A stretch of DNA of 37,036 nt from a virus (lineage: Duplodnaviria; Caudoviricetes), in IMG/VR virus record IMGVR_UViG_3300020727_000041, positions 1-37,036 of that record. One strand, 5' to 3'. Position numbers and translations under genes: made by a program. The first letter of the stretch is position 1. Each line of letters begins with the position of its first letter. The notes under the pieces are model-generated. The model was not told the origin of the DNA, searched no databases, and worked only from the letters and a program-made list of their open reading frames with translations. Shown piece after piece: positions 1 to 10,679 of this stretch.

Positions 1-16
1 TGCCGTCGTATGCCAC
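1..16 (-). CDS. 5' end of a gene running off the window (MAYDG...), probably the next tail protein
   Basis: GTG at 16-14 preceded by GGAGTAGGT; only 5 codons visible. Confidence 0.4.
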
Positions 17-39
17 ACCTACTCCTTAGTTTGTTCCAA

Positions 40-65
40 TAAAAAAGCCCCACCGAAGTGGGGCT
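40..65 (-). terminator. Rho-independent terminator
   Basis: Minus strand AGCCCCAC-TTCG-GTGGGGCT-TTTTT: 8-bp stem, cUUCGg tetraloop and U tract, just after the 81..320 stop. Confidence 0.9.
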
Positions 66-80
66 GGGTACTGCTAGTTA

Positions 81-320
81 CTACGCCTTGGCGGCGTTAA
101 GCAAGTTGTCAATGTCCTCTTGGGTAAGTCCAAGAGCCATCAACTTAGCATTGGTTGCAGCAAGAGCTGCTGCCTTTGCAGCATCCGCATCAGCCTTAGC
201 CTTTGCGTCAGCAGCAGCCTGAGCCGCCATAGCATCACGCTCTGCAATTTCCTCTGGAGTAAGTTCAAACTCCACGACTGCTCCTGTTGAGCAATCTACT
301 ACTAGTTTTGTATCTGCCAT
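81..320 (-). CDS. small tail-associated protein (possible fibre assembly chaperone)
   Basis: 79 aa, GGAG RBS, Ala-rich helix ending KLMALGLTQEDI; last gene of the tail-fibre cluster. Confidence 0.7.
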   Translation of the reverse strand: MADTKLVVDCSTGAVVEFELTPEEIAERDAMAAQAAADAKAKADADAAKAAALAATNAKLMALGLTQEDIDNLLNAAKA

Positions 321-323
321 TTG

Positions 324-527
324 TTATTCTCCTTGAATTGTTGGTGCGATAAATGTATCTGTTGCCGCATCGTAAGTATCGCCAATGCCAGCGTACTTTC
401 CGCGAATACTGCCTGTGTAACTTGTCTGCACCCAAGTACCGCCGAGATTCTTCTCGCACCATTCCTGAGTATCGGCAACAATTACTCGCGCAACTTTGCC
501 GTCAATTATTTCTGCGTAATATTTCAT
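324..527 (-). CDS. small tail-fibre-associated protein
   Basis: 67 aa, TAATG-coupled to the fibre gene; the WVQTSY...RGKYAGIG.TYD...D.FIAP pattern typically follows Gly-rich phage fibre genes. Confidence 0.75.
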   Translation of the reverse strand: MKYYAEIIDGKVARVIVADTQEWCEKNLGGTWVQTSYTGSIRGKYAGIGDTYDAATDTFIAPTIQGE

Positions 528-1801
528 TATACTAAGTACCTCACAATAACAACACCTGATGCACCAACACCAGTTTGCAATCCATTACCGCCACCGCCTG
601 TGCTTGGCGCAGGGTTGCCCGATGTTCCAACGCTTCCGTAACCGCCGTAACCACCGTTGGAATTTGTGCTTGCACCACGACCACCGCCACCGCCAGCAAA
701 ATAAACTGTTCCTGAAACATTTTCACCAGTTCCAGTTGCCAATCCCCAAGAGGAATAAGCAGAAGAACCAACTCCGCCAACACCGCCAGTTGTTGCTGTT
801 GCGTTGCCGCCAACTGCACCAGCACCACCACCGCCGCCACCGCTGCTAGGAGCAAAGCCAGTACCACCAGCATTTCCTTGTCCTGATGTTCCTGAACCAC
901 CAGCAGCACCTTGACCGCCACCACCGCCAGAACCACCAGTTAGACCAGCATTTCCACCGCCAGGTGCACCACCGCCACCTACTGAAGCAGTAAGTGAACC
1001 AAATTGAGAGTTAGTACCACTGGCGCCTGAACCGCTACCACCGCTACCAACCGTTACCGTGTAACCAGTATTTGCGGTAAGAGCCTGTGCGGTAAATCCT
1101 TGCAGACCACCAGCACCGCCACCGCCATAGTTGGCTGCGCCACCGCCACCAGCAACTACGAGAATGTCAGAAGATAATGCTGTGGCTGGGGTAAATGTTC
1201 CTGATGAAATAAATGCGTGATACCAGTAAGTACCGTCAGTCTGAATAATGTTACCGCCAATAGCCTTTGGAGCTTTGGTAGGGGTAGTGCCTACGGCTGA
1301 TACGCCGTATAGGGAGAAGGTTGAGTATTGAACGAAGTTGCCAGCAGTTGATGTAAGAGTCATTGAAGTAATTGCAGAAGTACCAGTCCACAATCCTGCA
1401 TAAAGATATGCAGTTGCGCCAGTGGCATTGTTTTCATTGACTGCATCGGTGCTTACGCTTTTTTGATTAGAACCTGTGTAGTTTGGAATGTAAAACTCAC
1501 CGTTGCCAAAACTGTTGGCAGTATCAGTTGATGAGTCAATGACAAATTGAAGAGAGGTAGTTGTTCCGTTTGCTGAACCAGCAGAAGAACCTGTGCCACG
1601 CGCCCATAGATATTTATAATTAGAACCAGTATCGCTATTGAATTGCGTATTGAAAGAAGTTCCACCAGTATCAGAATTTCTTGCAGAAAACTTCACAACT
1701 AAATCCGTATAACCAGTCTGCGGAATGTTATTGAAGGTAACAGAAGATGTTCCTGCTGCTCCAACTGTAATGCGTTCTAAGAGTACGAGTGTATTTGCCA
1801 T
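527..1801 (-). CDS. glycine-rich tail fibre / receptor-binding protein
   Basis: 424 aa. N-terminal beta-rich domain paralogous to the two upstream genes; C-terminal Gly-rich domain (YHAFISSGTF, LVVAGGGG, GSGGGGG, YFAGGGGG, GASGVVIVRY). Confidence 0.85.
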   Translation of the reverse strand: MANTLVLLERITVGAAGTSSVTFNNIPQTGYTDLVVKFSARNSDTGGTSFNTQFNSDTGSNYKYLWARGTGSSAGSANGTTTSLQFVIDSSTDTANSFGNGEFYIPNYTGSNQKSVSTDAVNENNATGATAYLYAGLWTGTSAITSMTLTSTAGNFVQYSTFSLYGVSAVGTTPTKAPKAIGGNIIQTDGTYWYHAFISSGTFTPATALSSDILVVAGGGGAANYGGGGAGGLQGFTAQALTANTGYTVTVGSGGSGSGASGTNSQFGSLTASVGGGGAPGGGNAGLTGGSGGGGGQGAAGGSGTSGQGNAGGTGFAPSSGGGGGGAGAVGGNATATTGGVGGVGSSAYSSWGLATGTGENVSGTVYFAGGGGGRGASTNSNGGYGGYGSVGTSGNPAPSTGGGGNGLQTGVGASGVVIVRYLV

Positions 1802-1810
1802 TATTGCCCC

Positions 1811-2302
1811 CTAAGCCGCAGTAATTCCGTAGAGTGAATATGTTGTGCCAATTTGCAAAGTACCAACCGCAGTAATCTTTATTGAGTTGATAGCACTGGT
1901 GCTACGCCATAAACCAACAATTGCATCCACACCTGCTGATGCTTGATTGCCTCTGCCTAATGTTGTTTTGTAAGTAGTAGTATTTGAATAATTCATAATA
2001 TGAACTATATAATTTGTTGCACCAGTTGTAGTTGAAGTTGCTTGCCAATCTAAGTAAATATAATTTGAACTTGTTGTGCGGGTAGAACCAGCAGCAGAAG
2101 TATTTGCATAGAGATTGGTTTCGGAATAATTAGTTCCAGTATCTCCATTAAATTGAATATATGTATCGCCTGATGTTGAAAGAGGATTGCATACCAATAT
2201 CAAGTCCGTATAAGTAGATGGGATACTTGAAAAGGTTACACTTGAAGCAGTGCTTGAAAGAGTCGTTGTAAATATCGGAGTATATGTATTTGCTGCTGCC
2301 AT
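1811..2302 (-). CDS. tail fibre-associated protein, paralog of neighbours
   Basis: 163 aa; SVTFSSIPSTYTDL, FNGDTGTNYS, GLWRSTSAINSI, YSLYGI. Confidence 0.8.
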   Translation of the reverse strand: MAAANTYTPIFTTTLSSTASSVTFSSIPSTYTDLILVCNPLSTSGDTYIQFNGDTGTNYSETNLYANTSAAGSTRTTSSNYIYLDWQATSTTTGATNYIVHIMNYSNTTTYKTTLGRGNQASAGVDAIVGLWRSTSAINSIKITAVGTLQIGTTYSLYGITAA

Positions 2303-2303
2303 T

Positions 2304-2879
2304 TTATTTCACTCCGTAAAGTGCGAATTGAGAATACTGCTGAATAGCCGTACCAACAGGAGTTAGCGTAATGCTGTTGATTGCGGCAGTTGATTGCCAC
2401 AGTCCTGATGTAAACCAAATCTGCCCATATCCGCCACCGTTATCATCAAATCCCGAAAGGCTACGAACAGTTTTATATTTATTAGTATTTGCGTAATCCA
2501 AAATATCTAATACGCCTGTTCCAAATATGTTTGATGCTTGAGTATTGCTTGTTGAAGTTCTAAAAGCCAACGGTGTGCTAGAAGAAACATCTGCCGCTGC
2601 CGGCACTGTTGAGCCATTTCCATAAAGTAAATGGTCGGCATAATTAGTTCCACCATCTGCATTAAACATAAAGATGATATTTTCAGCAGTATAGGCTCTG
2701 TTGCCTCTTGATAATGCCCGAATTTGCAAATGCGTATAGGTGCTAGGGATGGAAGTGAAGGTAATACTGCTTGAACCACCAGAGCCTACTGTTACAGTAG
2801 CAATAGAGTCGTAGGCTCCTGATGGCGCCCAAAGGTGGCCTGAAATTTGCGAGGCATAAATACCTAGAATGGGTGACAT
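2304..2879 (-). CDS. tail fibre-associated protein, paralog of neighbours
   Basis: 191 aa; SITFTSIPSTYTHL, FNADGGTNYA, GLWQSTAAINSI, FALYGV. Confidence 0.8.
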   Translation of the reverse strand: MSPILGIYASQISGHLWAPSGAYDSIATVTVGSGGSSSITFTSIPSTYTHLQIRALSRGNRAYTAENIIFMFNADGGTNYADHLLYGNGSTVPAAADVSSSTPLAFRTSTSNTQASNIFGTGVLDILDYANTNKYKTVRSLSGFDDNGGGYGQIWFTSGLWQSTAAINSITLTPVGTAIQQYSQFALYGVK

Positions 2880-3235
2880 TATGCCAAGTCCCCAATCACT
2901 AGCCAGTTATTGGTGCTGGTCTGGATGGCAGAAGCAGCCGAATACTGAACACGAGTCTTTGGCGCAGAGGCTGTAGCACCTGTAGAAGTAATCGTCACAC
3001 CGCTTCCTTGGGTAATGGTTGTCTGACCAGCACCAGTCTGGGCAAAGTTTAACACAGTACCGATAGGAAAGGCTACTGACGAGTTAGGCGGAATAGTCAC
3101 CGTGTTAGCAGAAGCGTTAGCGATAGTGACAAGGGTGTTGTTGCCATCTGCCAAGACAAAGGTATAGGAAGCAGTCTGGGCATTGACAGCAAGGGCTGGA
3201 GTGATGTTGGTATTGGTCAGTAAGGCTACGGCCAT
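2879..3235 (-). CDS. tail fibre domain protein
   Basis: 118 aa; NAQTASYTFVLAD...QTGAGQ...RVQYSAAS...IGDLA, paralogous to the C-terminus of 3546..4280. Confidence 0.8.
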   Translation of the reverse strand: MAVALLTNTNITPALAVNAQTASYTFVLADGNNTLVTIANASANTVTIPPNSSVAFPIGTVLNFAQTGAGQTTITQGSGVTITSTGATASAPKTRVQYSAASAIQTSTNNWLVIGDLA

Positions 3236-3546
3236 TAGAGTGTACTTCCCGTCGCAATAAAGTCAGTGTTACCTGTGGTGGAGTAAACAGTCAGAACATC
3301 GCCTGTGGCAAGTGTCCATCCTGGAGTTTCCGCCAAGGAACTGCTGGCTGGAATGGTGTAGTTATAGAAAAGGTAGTAAGCAGAACCACCAGACTTGGTG
3401 ATGCTGACACGGATTGAATCATTAGTTCCGCCACGATTGCAGGCGCTGAAGGATGAAACAATTGACCCGTTAGTTGAGCCAGTTACCAGCGTTGTAGACG
3501 CTGCTGCTCCTGGCGTTGAGTTACCGAGTACGAGATAGGCTGCCAT
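3235..3546 (-). CDS. virion structural protein, hypothetical
   Basis: 103 aa, Ser/Thr-rich beta-type composition, TAATG-coupled on both sides. Confidence 0.75.
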   Translation of the reverse strand: MAAYLVLGNSTPGAAASTTLVTGSTNGSIVSSFSACNRGGTNDSIRVSITKSGGSAYYLFYNYTIPASSSLAETPGWTLATGDVLTVYSTTGNTDFIATGSTL

Positions 3547-4280
3547 TACGCCAAGTCTCCAATCAACTGGAAGGTGTTGGTAGCCGTGCAGACGATTGAG
3601 GCTGCTGAGTATTGGACACGCAACTTAGTTCCTGTACCTGTGACGGTTGAGGTTCCATCGCCTTGGACGGTTACTTGTCCTGCGCCAATCTGTTGGATGT
3701 TGACAATCTGACCTGCGCTAAAGACACCCGCTGGGACGGTTAGGGTGATAGCACTTGAGTTGTTGAGCGTAACCAACTTGGCCGCATCGGCTAGGACTGG
3801 GGTGTAAGTAGTTCCAGTCTGGGCATTGATACCAATAGCAATTGTTGGGGCTGTACCAAAGACTAGGCTTCCAGAGCCTGTCTCGTCGCTTACAAGGGCT
3901 GCGAGGTTGGCTGAGGTTGATGTACCAAGGAAGGTTGCCAAGGCTCCTGTAACCCCGTGTGCGCCCGCTGAAAGGGCTAAATCATAGTGAGTCTGAGCGT
4001 CAGTTAAATCCTGGGCAGAGACGACGTGGCGTACTGCAGCACCTGTGTTGTGGGCCACAGCGGTTGTTCCATTATATCCACGATTGATATTTAAGGTTGT
4101 GCCTGATATTCCTGTAACAAGCACCAGTTCCTCAGAGGCTGCGTTGAAATCAACTGCGAGGACAAATGGTGTTGATGGGTAACCCACTGTTGCACCAACA
4201 ACCATGCTGGTTGAGGTATTAGTGATGCTTGATGTAAGCGTTGTGTCTTGCGCAATAGCGCTGTAGTAACGTGATGGCAT
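3546..4280 (-). CDS. tail fibre / spike protein
   Basis: 244 aa; N-terminal EELVLVT...RGYNGTTAVAH.G domain, SDETGSGSLVFGTAP motif, C-terminal IGDLA domain. Confidence 0.8.
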   Translation of the reverse strand: MPSRYYSAIAQDTTLTSSITNTSTSMVVGATVGYPSTPFVLAVDFNAASEELVLVTGISGTTLNINRGYNGTTAVAHNTGAAVRHVVSAQDLTDAQTHYDLALSAGAHGVTGALATFLGTSTSANLAALVSDETGSGSLVFGTAPTIAIGINAQTGTTYTPVLADAAKLVTLNNSSAITLTVPAGVFSAGQIVNIQQIGAGQVTVQGDGTSTVTGTGTKLRVQYSAASIVCTATNTFQLIGDLA

Positions 4281-4289
4281 TGGCTATCC

Positions 4290-5180
4290 TCAGTATGTGT
4301 AGTGGGTGCGAGGTGGGTACTGCTCTTGAAGACGACGTACTTCCACAAGCAAGCGCTGCTGGTACATCTGTTGTAATACTCTGCCGATGTTGGCTGCTGA
4401 GCCAACTGGGTCATTGCCTTGCTGTGCATCGGCTTCAGCAGTTGCTGCTGGGACACGGCCAAGGTCTAGGTACATTGCTGTACGGTATGCAGCACCCAAG
4501 ACAATTACTTCACGGGCTGACTCAGAGAGTCCAGTCATAGTGAAATCATCTGTGTCGTACTGAAGAACTGTTGGCTTCTTGGTGTAGGTAATCATTACTG
4601 GACGGCCAGGGATAATGCCTTCACGGATAGATACTGTCTTACCAGAACCCCAATAGATTGGGTTGGCCATACGGTCAACACGGTAGTGGCGGATTGGCAA
4701 CCATTCCTTAGAAGGGCCGATGGTCTGCCATGAGGCACCTAGTACATCAATTGCTTCATTAGGAAGCACATAGGTAGTACGGGCTGCTTGCCAGTTGAAA
4801 ATTGTGTAGAAGGTACCAAACAAATCTGGATAGACTCCATCAATGGCGAGGTTGATATTTCGGCGGATAACACTTCTCGGAAAGGAAGGCGAGATTGTTA
4901 CACGAGTACCAGCGGTGTGGGACTGTGCGGTTGTGTCACGAAATCCTCTGCCATATTGTGGGATAGTTGCCGTGTTGGTGCTACGGTCAAAGGAATCTAC
5001 CCAGATAAGTTCATCGTCAATCTCCACCAAACCACGGGTGAGGACTGTTCCATCGGCTACGGTGAAACTTAAATCACCTGATGCCATTGGAGCAGTAAGG
5101 TATGTGGCCTGGTCCTGACGATTGGTATAGCCCGTAAGGGCTAGGTTAGTTTCATTGATTAGGTCTAGAAATGTACTCAC
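4290..5180 (-). CDS. head-tail adaptor / tail tubular A-like protein
   Basis: 296 aa; MSTFLDLINET start, internal EIDDELIWV...GRGFRDTTAQSH.AG domain, helical C-terminus. Position after the capsid supports the call; function inferred. Confidence 0.55.
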   Translation of the reverse strand: MSTFLDLINETNLALTGYTNRQDQATYLTAPMASGDLSFTVADGTVLTRGLVEIDDELIWVDSFDRSTNTATIPQYGRGFRDTTAQSHTAGTRVTISPSFPRSVIRRNINLAIDGVYPDLFGTFYTIFNWQAARTTYVLPNEAIDVLGASWQTIGPSKEWLPIRHYRVDRMANPIYWGSGKTVSIREGIIPGRPVMITYTKKPTVLQYDTDDFTMTGLSESAREVIVLGAAYRTAMYLDLGRVPAATAEADAQQGNDPVGSAANIGRVLQQMYQQRLLVEVRRLQEQYPPRTHYTY

Positions 5181-5455
5181 GATAGAATCCTCGATGCTGC
5201 TTCAGCCTCGCCTAAACCAAAGGTTCCAGCAAGAAGGTTTAAGACACCAGGGGTATCTTCGTAATAGTTTTTGCCACCGTTGCGGTAGGCATAGATAAGG
5301 TTCAGGACATCAATGCCACGAGTTGCATTATGTGCACCAAGCACGACAGTGCCCCACCTTGTGGCTGCGCCATCAAAATCGTACTGAGGCACACCATTGA
5401 TGATGGTGCCAGCAAGACGATTCAAATGGTATACAGTTGATAAACTTGTGGCCAT
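5177..5455 (-). CDS. hypothetical virion protein
   Basis: 92 aa, GAAAGGA RBS, GTGA overlap with the next gene, repeated LNxLAG motif. Confidence 0.75.
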   Translation of the reverse strand: MATSLSTVYHLNRLAGTIINGVPQYDFDGAATRWGTVVLGAHNATRGIDVLNLIYAYRNGGKNYYEDTPGVLNLLAGTFGLGEAEAASRILS

Positions 5456-5478
5456 TGTTATCCTTTCCTAAAAATTAA

Positions 5479-5604
5479 TTACTTACCGAACTTAGTTCCG
5501 CCAATGCCTTCGTAAGAACCGTGAGGGTCCTTTGTAGGCTTGCCTGTCAACTTGTCTGATGCTTTGCCGACCATGTTGCTATTGCAACCGCATTCTGCGC
5601 ACAT
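5479..5604 (-). CDS. 41-aa microprotein (MCAECGCNSN...), not in ORF track
   Basis: Hand-translated ATG 5604 to TAA 5479; fills the gap exactly; AAAGGTGG upstream; CxxCxC N-terminus. Confidence 0.7.
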   Translation of the reverse strand: MCAECGCNSNMVGKASDKLTGKPTKDPHGSYEGIGGTKFGK

Positions 5605-5605
5605 G

Positions 5606-5791
5606 CTACTTTCCACCTTTCTTAGGCATTGCTACCTTCTTGAGATTTGGATTTGCCTTCTTTGCCGCTGGGCTTGCCTTGCGAGTTGATGAAGCGAGGA
5701 TTGCTCCTGCCGACTCCATTGATACGCCTGACTTCTTAGCAATAGACTTCTGTGCTGCTGCGAAGCCCATGCCCTTCTTTGCTGCTGCCAT
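5606..5791 (-). CDS. small basic Lys/Ala-rich protein
   Basis: 61 aa, AGGAG RBS, TAATG-coupled, strongly basic. Confidence 0.75.
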   Translation of the reverse strand: MAAAKKGMGFAAAQKSIAKKSGVSMESAGAILASSTRKASPAAKKANPNLKKVAMPKKGGK

Positions 5792-6126
5792 TAGATGTCT
5801 CCTGTATGTTTCAATACCTCAGCGCTCGCTTTGGTAATCTTGTCCGCAGATGGCATAACATCTGCGTTATATGCTGCGCCCAGTTTGTCGCTGGCAGCCT
5901 TAGCCTCATTGATGGCTCTCATGGTGGTTCCTGCTGGCTGAATGCCTTCGGCTCTAGCCTTACGGTATGCTTCTAATTCACCATCCCAGCGCTTGGCTGT
6001 CATAGGTGCTTCTGCTCTACCTGCATCTCCTGAATTGATATGTAGGTTAGATGCTCTCAAGCATTCAATATAAGATTCGTGATTCTTTTCTAAACAACCT
6101 GTTCTACAATTTTCGCCTAGTGGCAT
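5791..6126 (-). CDS. hypothetical protein with N-terminal Cys/His motif
   Basis: Start moved to ATG 6126 (GAGGAAG upstream); CRTGC...H..Y.EC; WDGELEAYRKARAEGIQP. Confidence 0.75.
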   Translation of the reverse strand: MPLGENCRTGCLEKNHESYIECLRASNLHINSGDAGRAEAPMTAKRWDGELEAYRKARAEGIQPAGTTMRAINEAKAASDKLGAAYNADVMPSADKITKASAEVLKHTGDI

Positions 6127-7171
6127 CTTTGACTTCCTCAAAAAACTTTAGGTTACGTTGGATACGGTCATTTTCAGGACCGTTAGCCTTTACCGCTTCT
6201 TTAGTAAAGGTTATTGCTTCGTCAATGTGCTTGAGATTGTAAGCAGCGATTCCTGCAAGGTCGAAGGCTTTCCAGTCCCAGACTGCTGATTCGTAGCAAT
6301 AATGGTTGGAGCGAGGAGACTCCAAAGCGTTGAGAGAAGCATCTAGGCACCGCTGCCATTCTTGCTTTCGGTATGCATCCATTGCAACACCGAACTGCGG
6401 CTCACCCTGCACGGGAAGAATATCCCTGCCTTTGTCATACCACATACGAGCAGTTTCTTCTTGGCCAAGTTGATGCGCTGCTTCTCCTGCCCATCGGCAA
6501 ACTGCAGCACTTTCAACATCCCAGCCCTCGTTTTCTAACTTGCTCTCTGCTGCTTTGATAACATCTTCCCACCGTTGGTAGAAGAAGTATTCTCTGCACA
6601 TATAGGTCCACATACGTGGGTCCTGGGGAAATTCTTTGACTGCCATCTCTAGCAGTTCCAAGTACTGACCACGAGATTTTGTGTTGTCTGGCAAATGCTC
6701 AATCATGGCATTGCGTAGGTCAATATCTTTTGGCTCTGTCTTGCCGTACCACACTTGCACTTCGTGGCAAGGGTACTTCCATGTCCAACCCCAGCGGGAA
6801 TGAATCCTGTCTTTTTCCCACTTGTTGGTATCTGTCTTCATGGTAATCCATGCAGAGTCAGTTCCAGGTTTCCACTTCTTACGAACTTTGTCGAAGAAGC
6901 CAGGTTCGGGAACTTCATCCATATCAAGAATTAAACAGGCGTCAGCATCATCTGGCACTAAAGCCAGGGATGCATTACGAGCCATGTCAAACCTGAATGG
7001 TTGAACATGAATTTGATGGACAGTTACTCCCAGCGCTTTAAGCGCTTCTTGTGTTCCATCCGTACTACCAGTATCAGCAACGACACGATAATCAGCGCCT
7101 TCAGTTGCCTTAGCCCAACGTTCCGCATAAAGAATCTCATTCTTTGATATTGCATACACAGCAATCTTCAT
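6104..7171 (-). CDS. GT2 family glycosyltransferase with C-terminal TPR-like helices
   Basis: 355 aa; ISKNE, DTGSTDGT, FDMARNASL, DxD (LDMDE), HE motif, then helical repeats. SunS/SgtA-like architecture. Confidence 0.9.
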   Translation of the reverse strand: MKIAVYAISKNEILYAERWAKATEGADYRVVADTGSTDGTQEALKALGVTVHQIHVQPFRFDMARNASLALVPDDADACLILDMDEVPEPGFFDKVRKKWKPGTDSAWITMKTDTNKWEKDRIHSRWGWTWKYPCHEVQVWYGKTEPKDIDLRNAMIEHLPDNTKSRGQYLELLEMAVKEFPQDPRMWTYMCREYFFYQRWEDVIKAAESKLENEGWDVESAAVCRWAGEAAHQLGQEETARMWYDKGRDILPVQGEPQFGVAMDAYRKQEWQRCLDASLNALESPRSNHYCYESAVWDWKAFDLAGIAAYNLKHIDEAITFTKEAVKANGPENDRIQRNLKFFEEVKDATRRKL

Positions 7172-7183
7172 GGTATAAGTTTA

Positions 7184-9273
<2,090 letters not shown>

Positions 9274-9281
9274 GGCTCCCC

Positions 9282-9539
9282 TTAAACTGTCGTAATGTTT
9301 GCGCCGTAACCAGCGTTAATCAAAATTGTGCGTTCCACATCTGTGATGGGATATATATGGCCACCGAGGTAGTAGTAGTCAGCGGCTAAGACTTCATCTA
9401 CTCCTGGGGTACGGACACGAGTTACTACTGTTCCATTGACAAGAAGCGTGTCCCCACGGGCAATACGGTAACGCCAGAACAGTCTTCCGAATCCGCCTGG
9501 AGTTTCATCAACTGTTGGTGGTGTGAATTGGTATCCCAT
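9282..9539 (-). CDS. hypothetical virion protein
   Basis: 85 aa, AGGAG RBS, directly downstream of the capsid gene. Confidence 0.75.
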   Translation of the reverse strand: MGYQFTPPTVDETPGGFGRLFWRYRIARGDTLLVNGTVVTRVRTPGVDEVLAADYYYLGGHIYPITDVERTILINAGYGANITTV

Positions 9540-9556
9540 GTTTCTCCTTGTTAAGG

Positions 9557-9587
9557 GTTAGCCCCCGCCCGAAAGCGGGGGACTAAC
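9557..9587 (-). terminator. GC-rich hairpin after the major capsid gene (weak terminator or mRNA stabiliser)
   Basis: Minus strand GTTAGTCCCCCGC-TTTCGG-GCGGGGGCTAAC; no real U tract. Confidence 0.6.
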
Positions 9588-9598
9588 GACTACTTCAA

Positions 9599-10639
9599 TT
9601 ACGCAGTGTGGATTGAAGAAGTTGACTCGATACGAACAAGTGATGGCTCACGGTAACGTGCCCATCCAAGTACGCCGTACCATCCGATTGGACGGAAACG
9701 CATCAACTTATCAACGACTGGTCCGAAGATAACATGTGGCTCTTCAGCAACTGCTTCTGCAAGTGCTTGCTTACCAGCAACGAGTGTACGGAATACACGT
9801 ACGCCACCTGTAGCGTTAACATATGAAGAAGTACCAAAAGTACCTGATGCAGAACCTGCACCTGTACCGTCAGCGAAGTTAGCCATACGTGGAGACTCAA
9901 CGAACATAGCACCTTCGTATGTTCCGATTGTTCCTGGCCAGAACTCAGCAGCACCTGTCTCTGAGTACTTGTGGTCATCACGCCATCCGCCAAGACCTGT
10001 CTCAGCACGGAGGTCATGTGAAACTTCTGGGTGGATACCAACCCAGTAGTACTCGCCCTGACGTGGGACAGCCTTGTTAGCGCGGAGTTTAGCAACTGCT
10101 AAACGAATGTCGCGTGACTTGATTGTGTCGGTGTTAAGGATTGACTTCTGGGTTGTACCGTTTGTGTATGTACCAGCAAAGGTAGATACAGCGTTACCGC
10201 CTACTTCAGCAATTGCGTTTGTTCCGCCGATAAGGGTCTGGAGTGCAACTGTGTCAAGAGAGTCAGCCATGTTGAACGCGATGATGTCAGCGATTGCTGG
10301 GTCAACATCTGAAAGTGAGAACAACTCCAACTTACGTGTAGCAAGAGAAGCGTTACCATATTCATTAAGTGTTACAGAAACCTGAGTTGTGTTTCCAAGT
10401 GCTACTGCATCTGGGTCAGTTGTTTCTGAGAGTGCTGTTGTTGCAGCAGCAAGGTCTGTGTAAATCTGGAAGACTACTGAAGAACCTGGCATTGCCTGCT
10501 GTACTGGCTTCTTGTCTGCGACATCGCGGACGAGAGGAACAGCACGAAGTGCGAATTCGACATAACGGTCATACGCGGTCTGTACTAGGTAGTTACCTAG
10601 TGACGAGCCAGAGGTAATGTCTGTATATGCATTTGACAT
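9599..10639 (-). CDS. major capsid protein, N4-gp56-like (HK97 fold)
   Basis: 346 aa; VTLNEYGN, GIHPEVSHDLR, IGTYEGAMFVES, DKLMRFRPIGWYG; follows the scaffold; strong GAAGGTG RBS. Confidence 0.92.
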   Translation of the reverse strand: MSNAYTDITSGSSLGNYLVQTAYDRYVEFALRAVPLVRDVADKKPVQQAMPGSSVVFQIYTDLAAATTALSETTDPDAVALGNTTQVSVTLNEYGNASLATRKLELFSLSDVDPAIADIIAFNMADSLDTVALQTLIGGTNAIAEVGGNAVSTFAGTYTNGTTQKSILNTDTIKSRDIRLAVAKLRANKAVPRQGEYYWVGIHPEVSHDLRAETGLGGWRDDHKYSETGAAEFWPGTIGTYEGAMFVESPRMANFADGTGAGSASGTFGTSSYVNATGGVRVFRTLVAGKQALAEAVAEEPHVIFGPVVDKLMRFRPIGWYGVLGWARYREPSLVRIESTSSIHTA

Positions 10640-10679
10640 GCGTCACCTTCTTTCTTTAAGGTTTGTGCGGATGGATTAG

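Noticed and set aside
541-936. Hydrophobic or His/Arg-rich alternative-frame ORFs over the Gly-rich fibre
   Set aside because: Frame shadows of GGN-rich sequence
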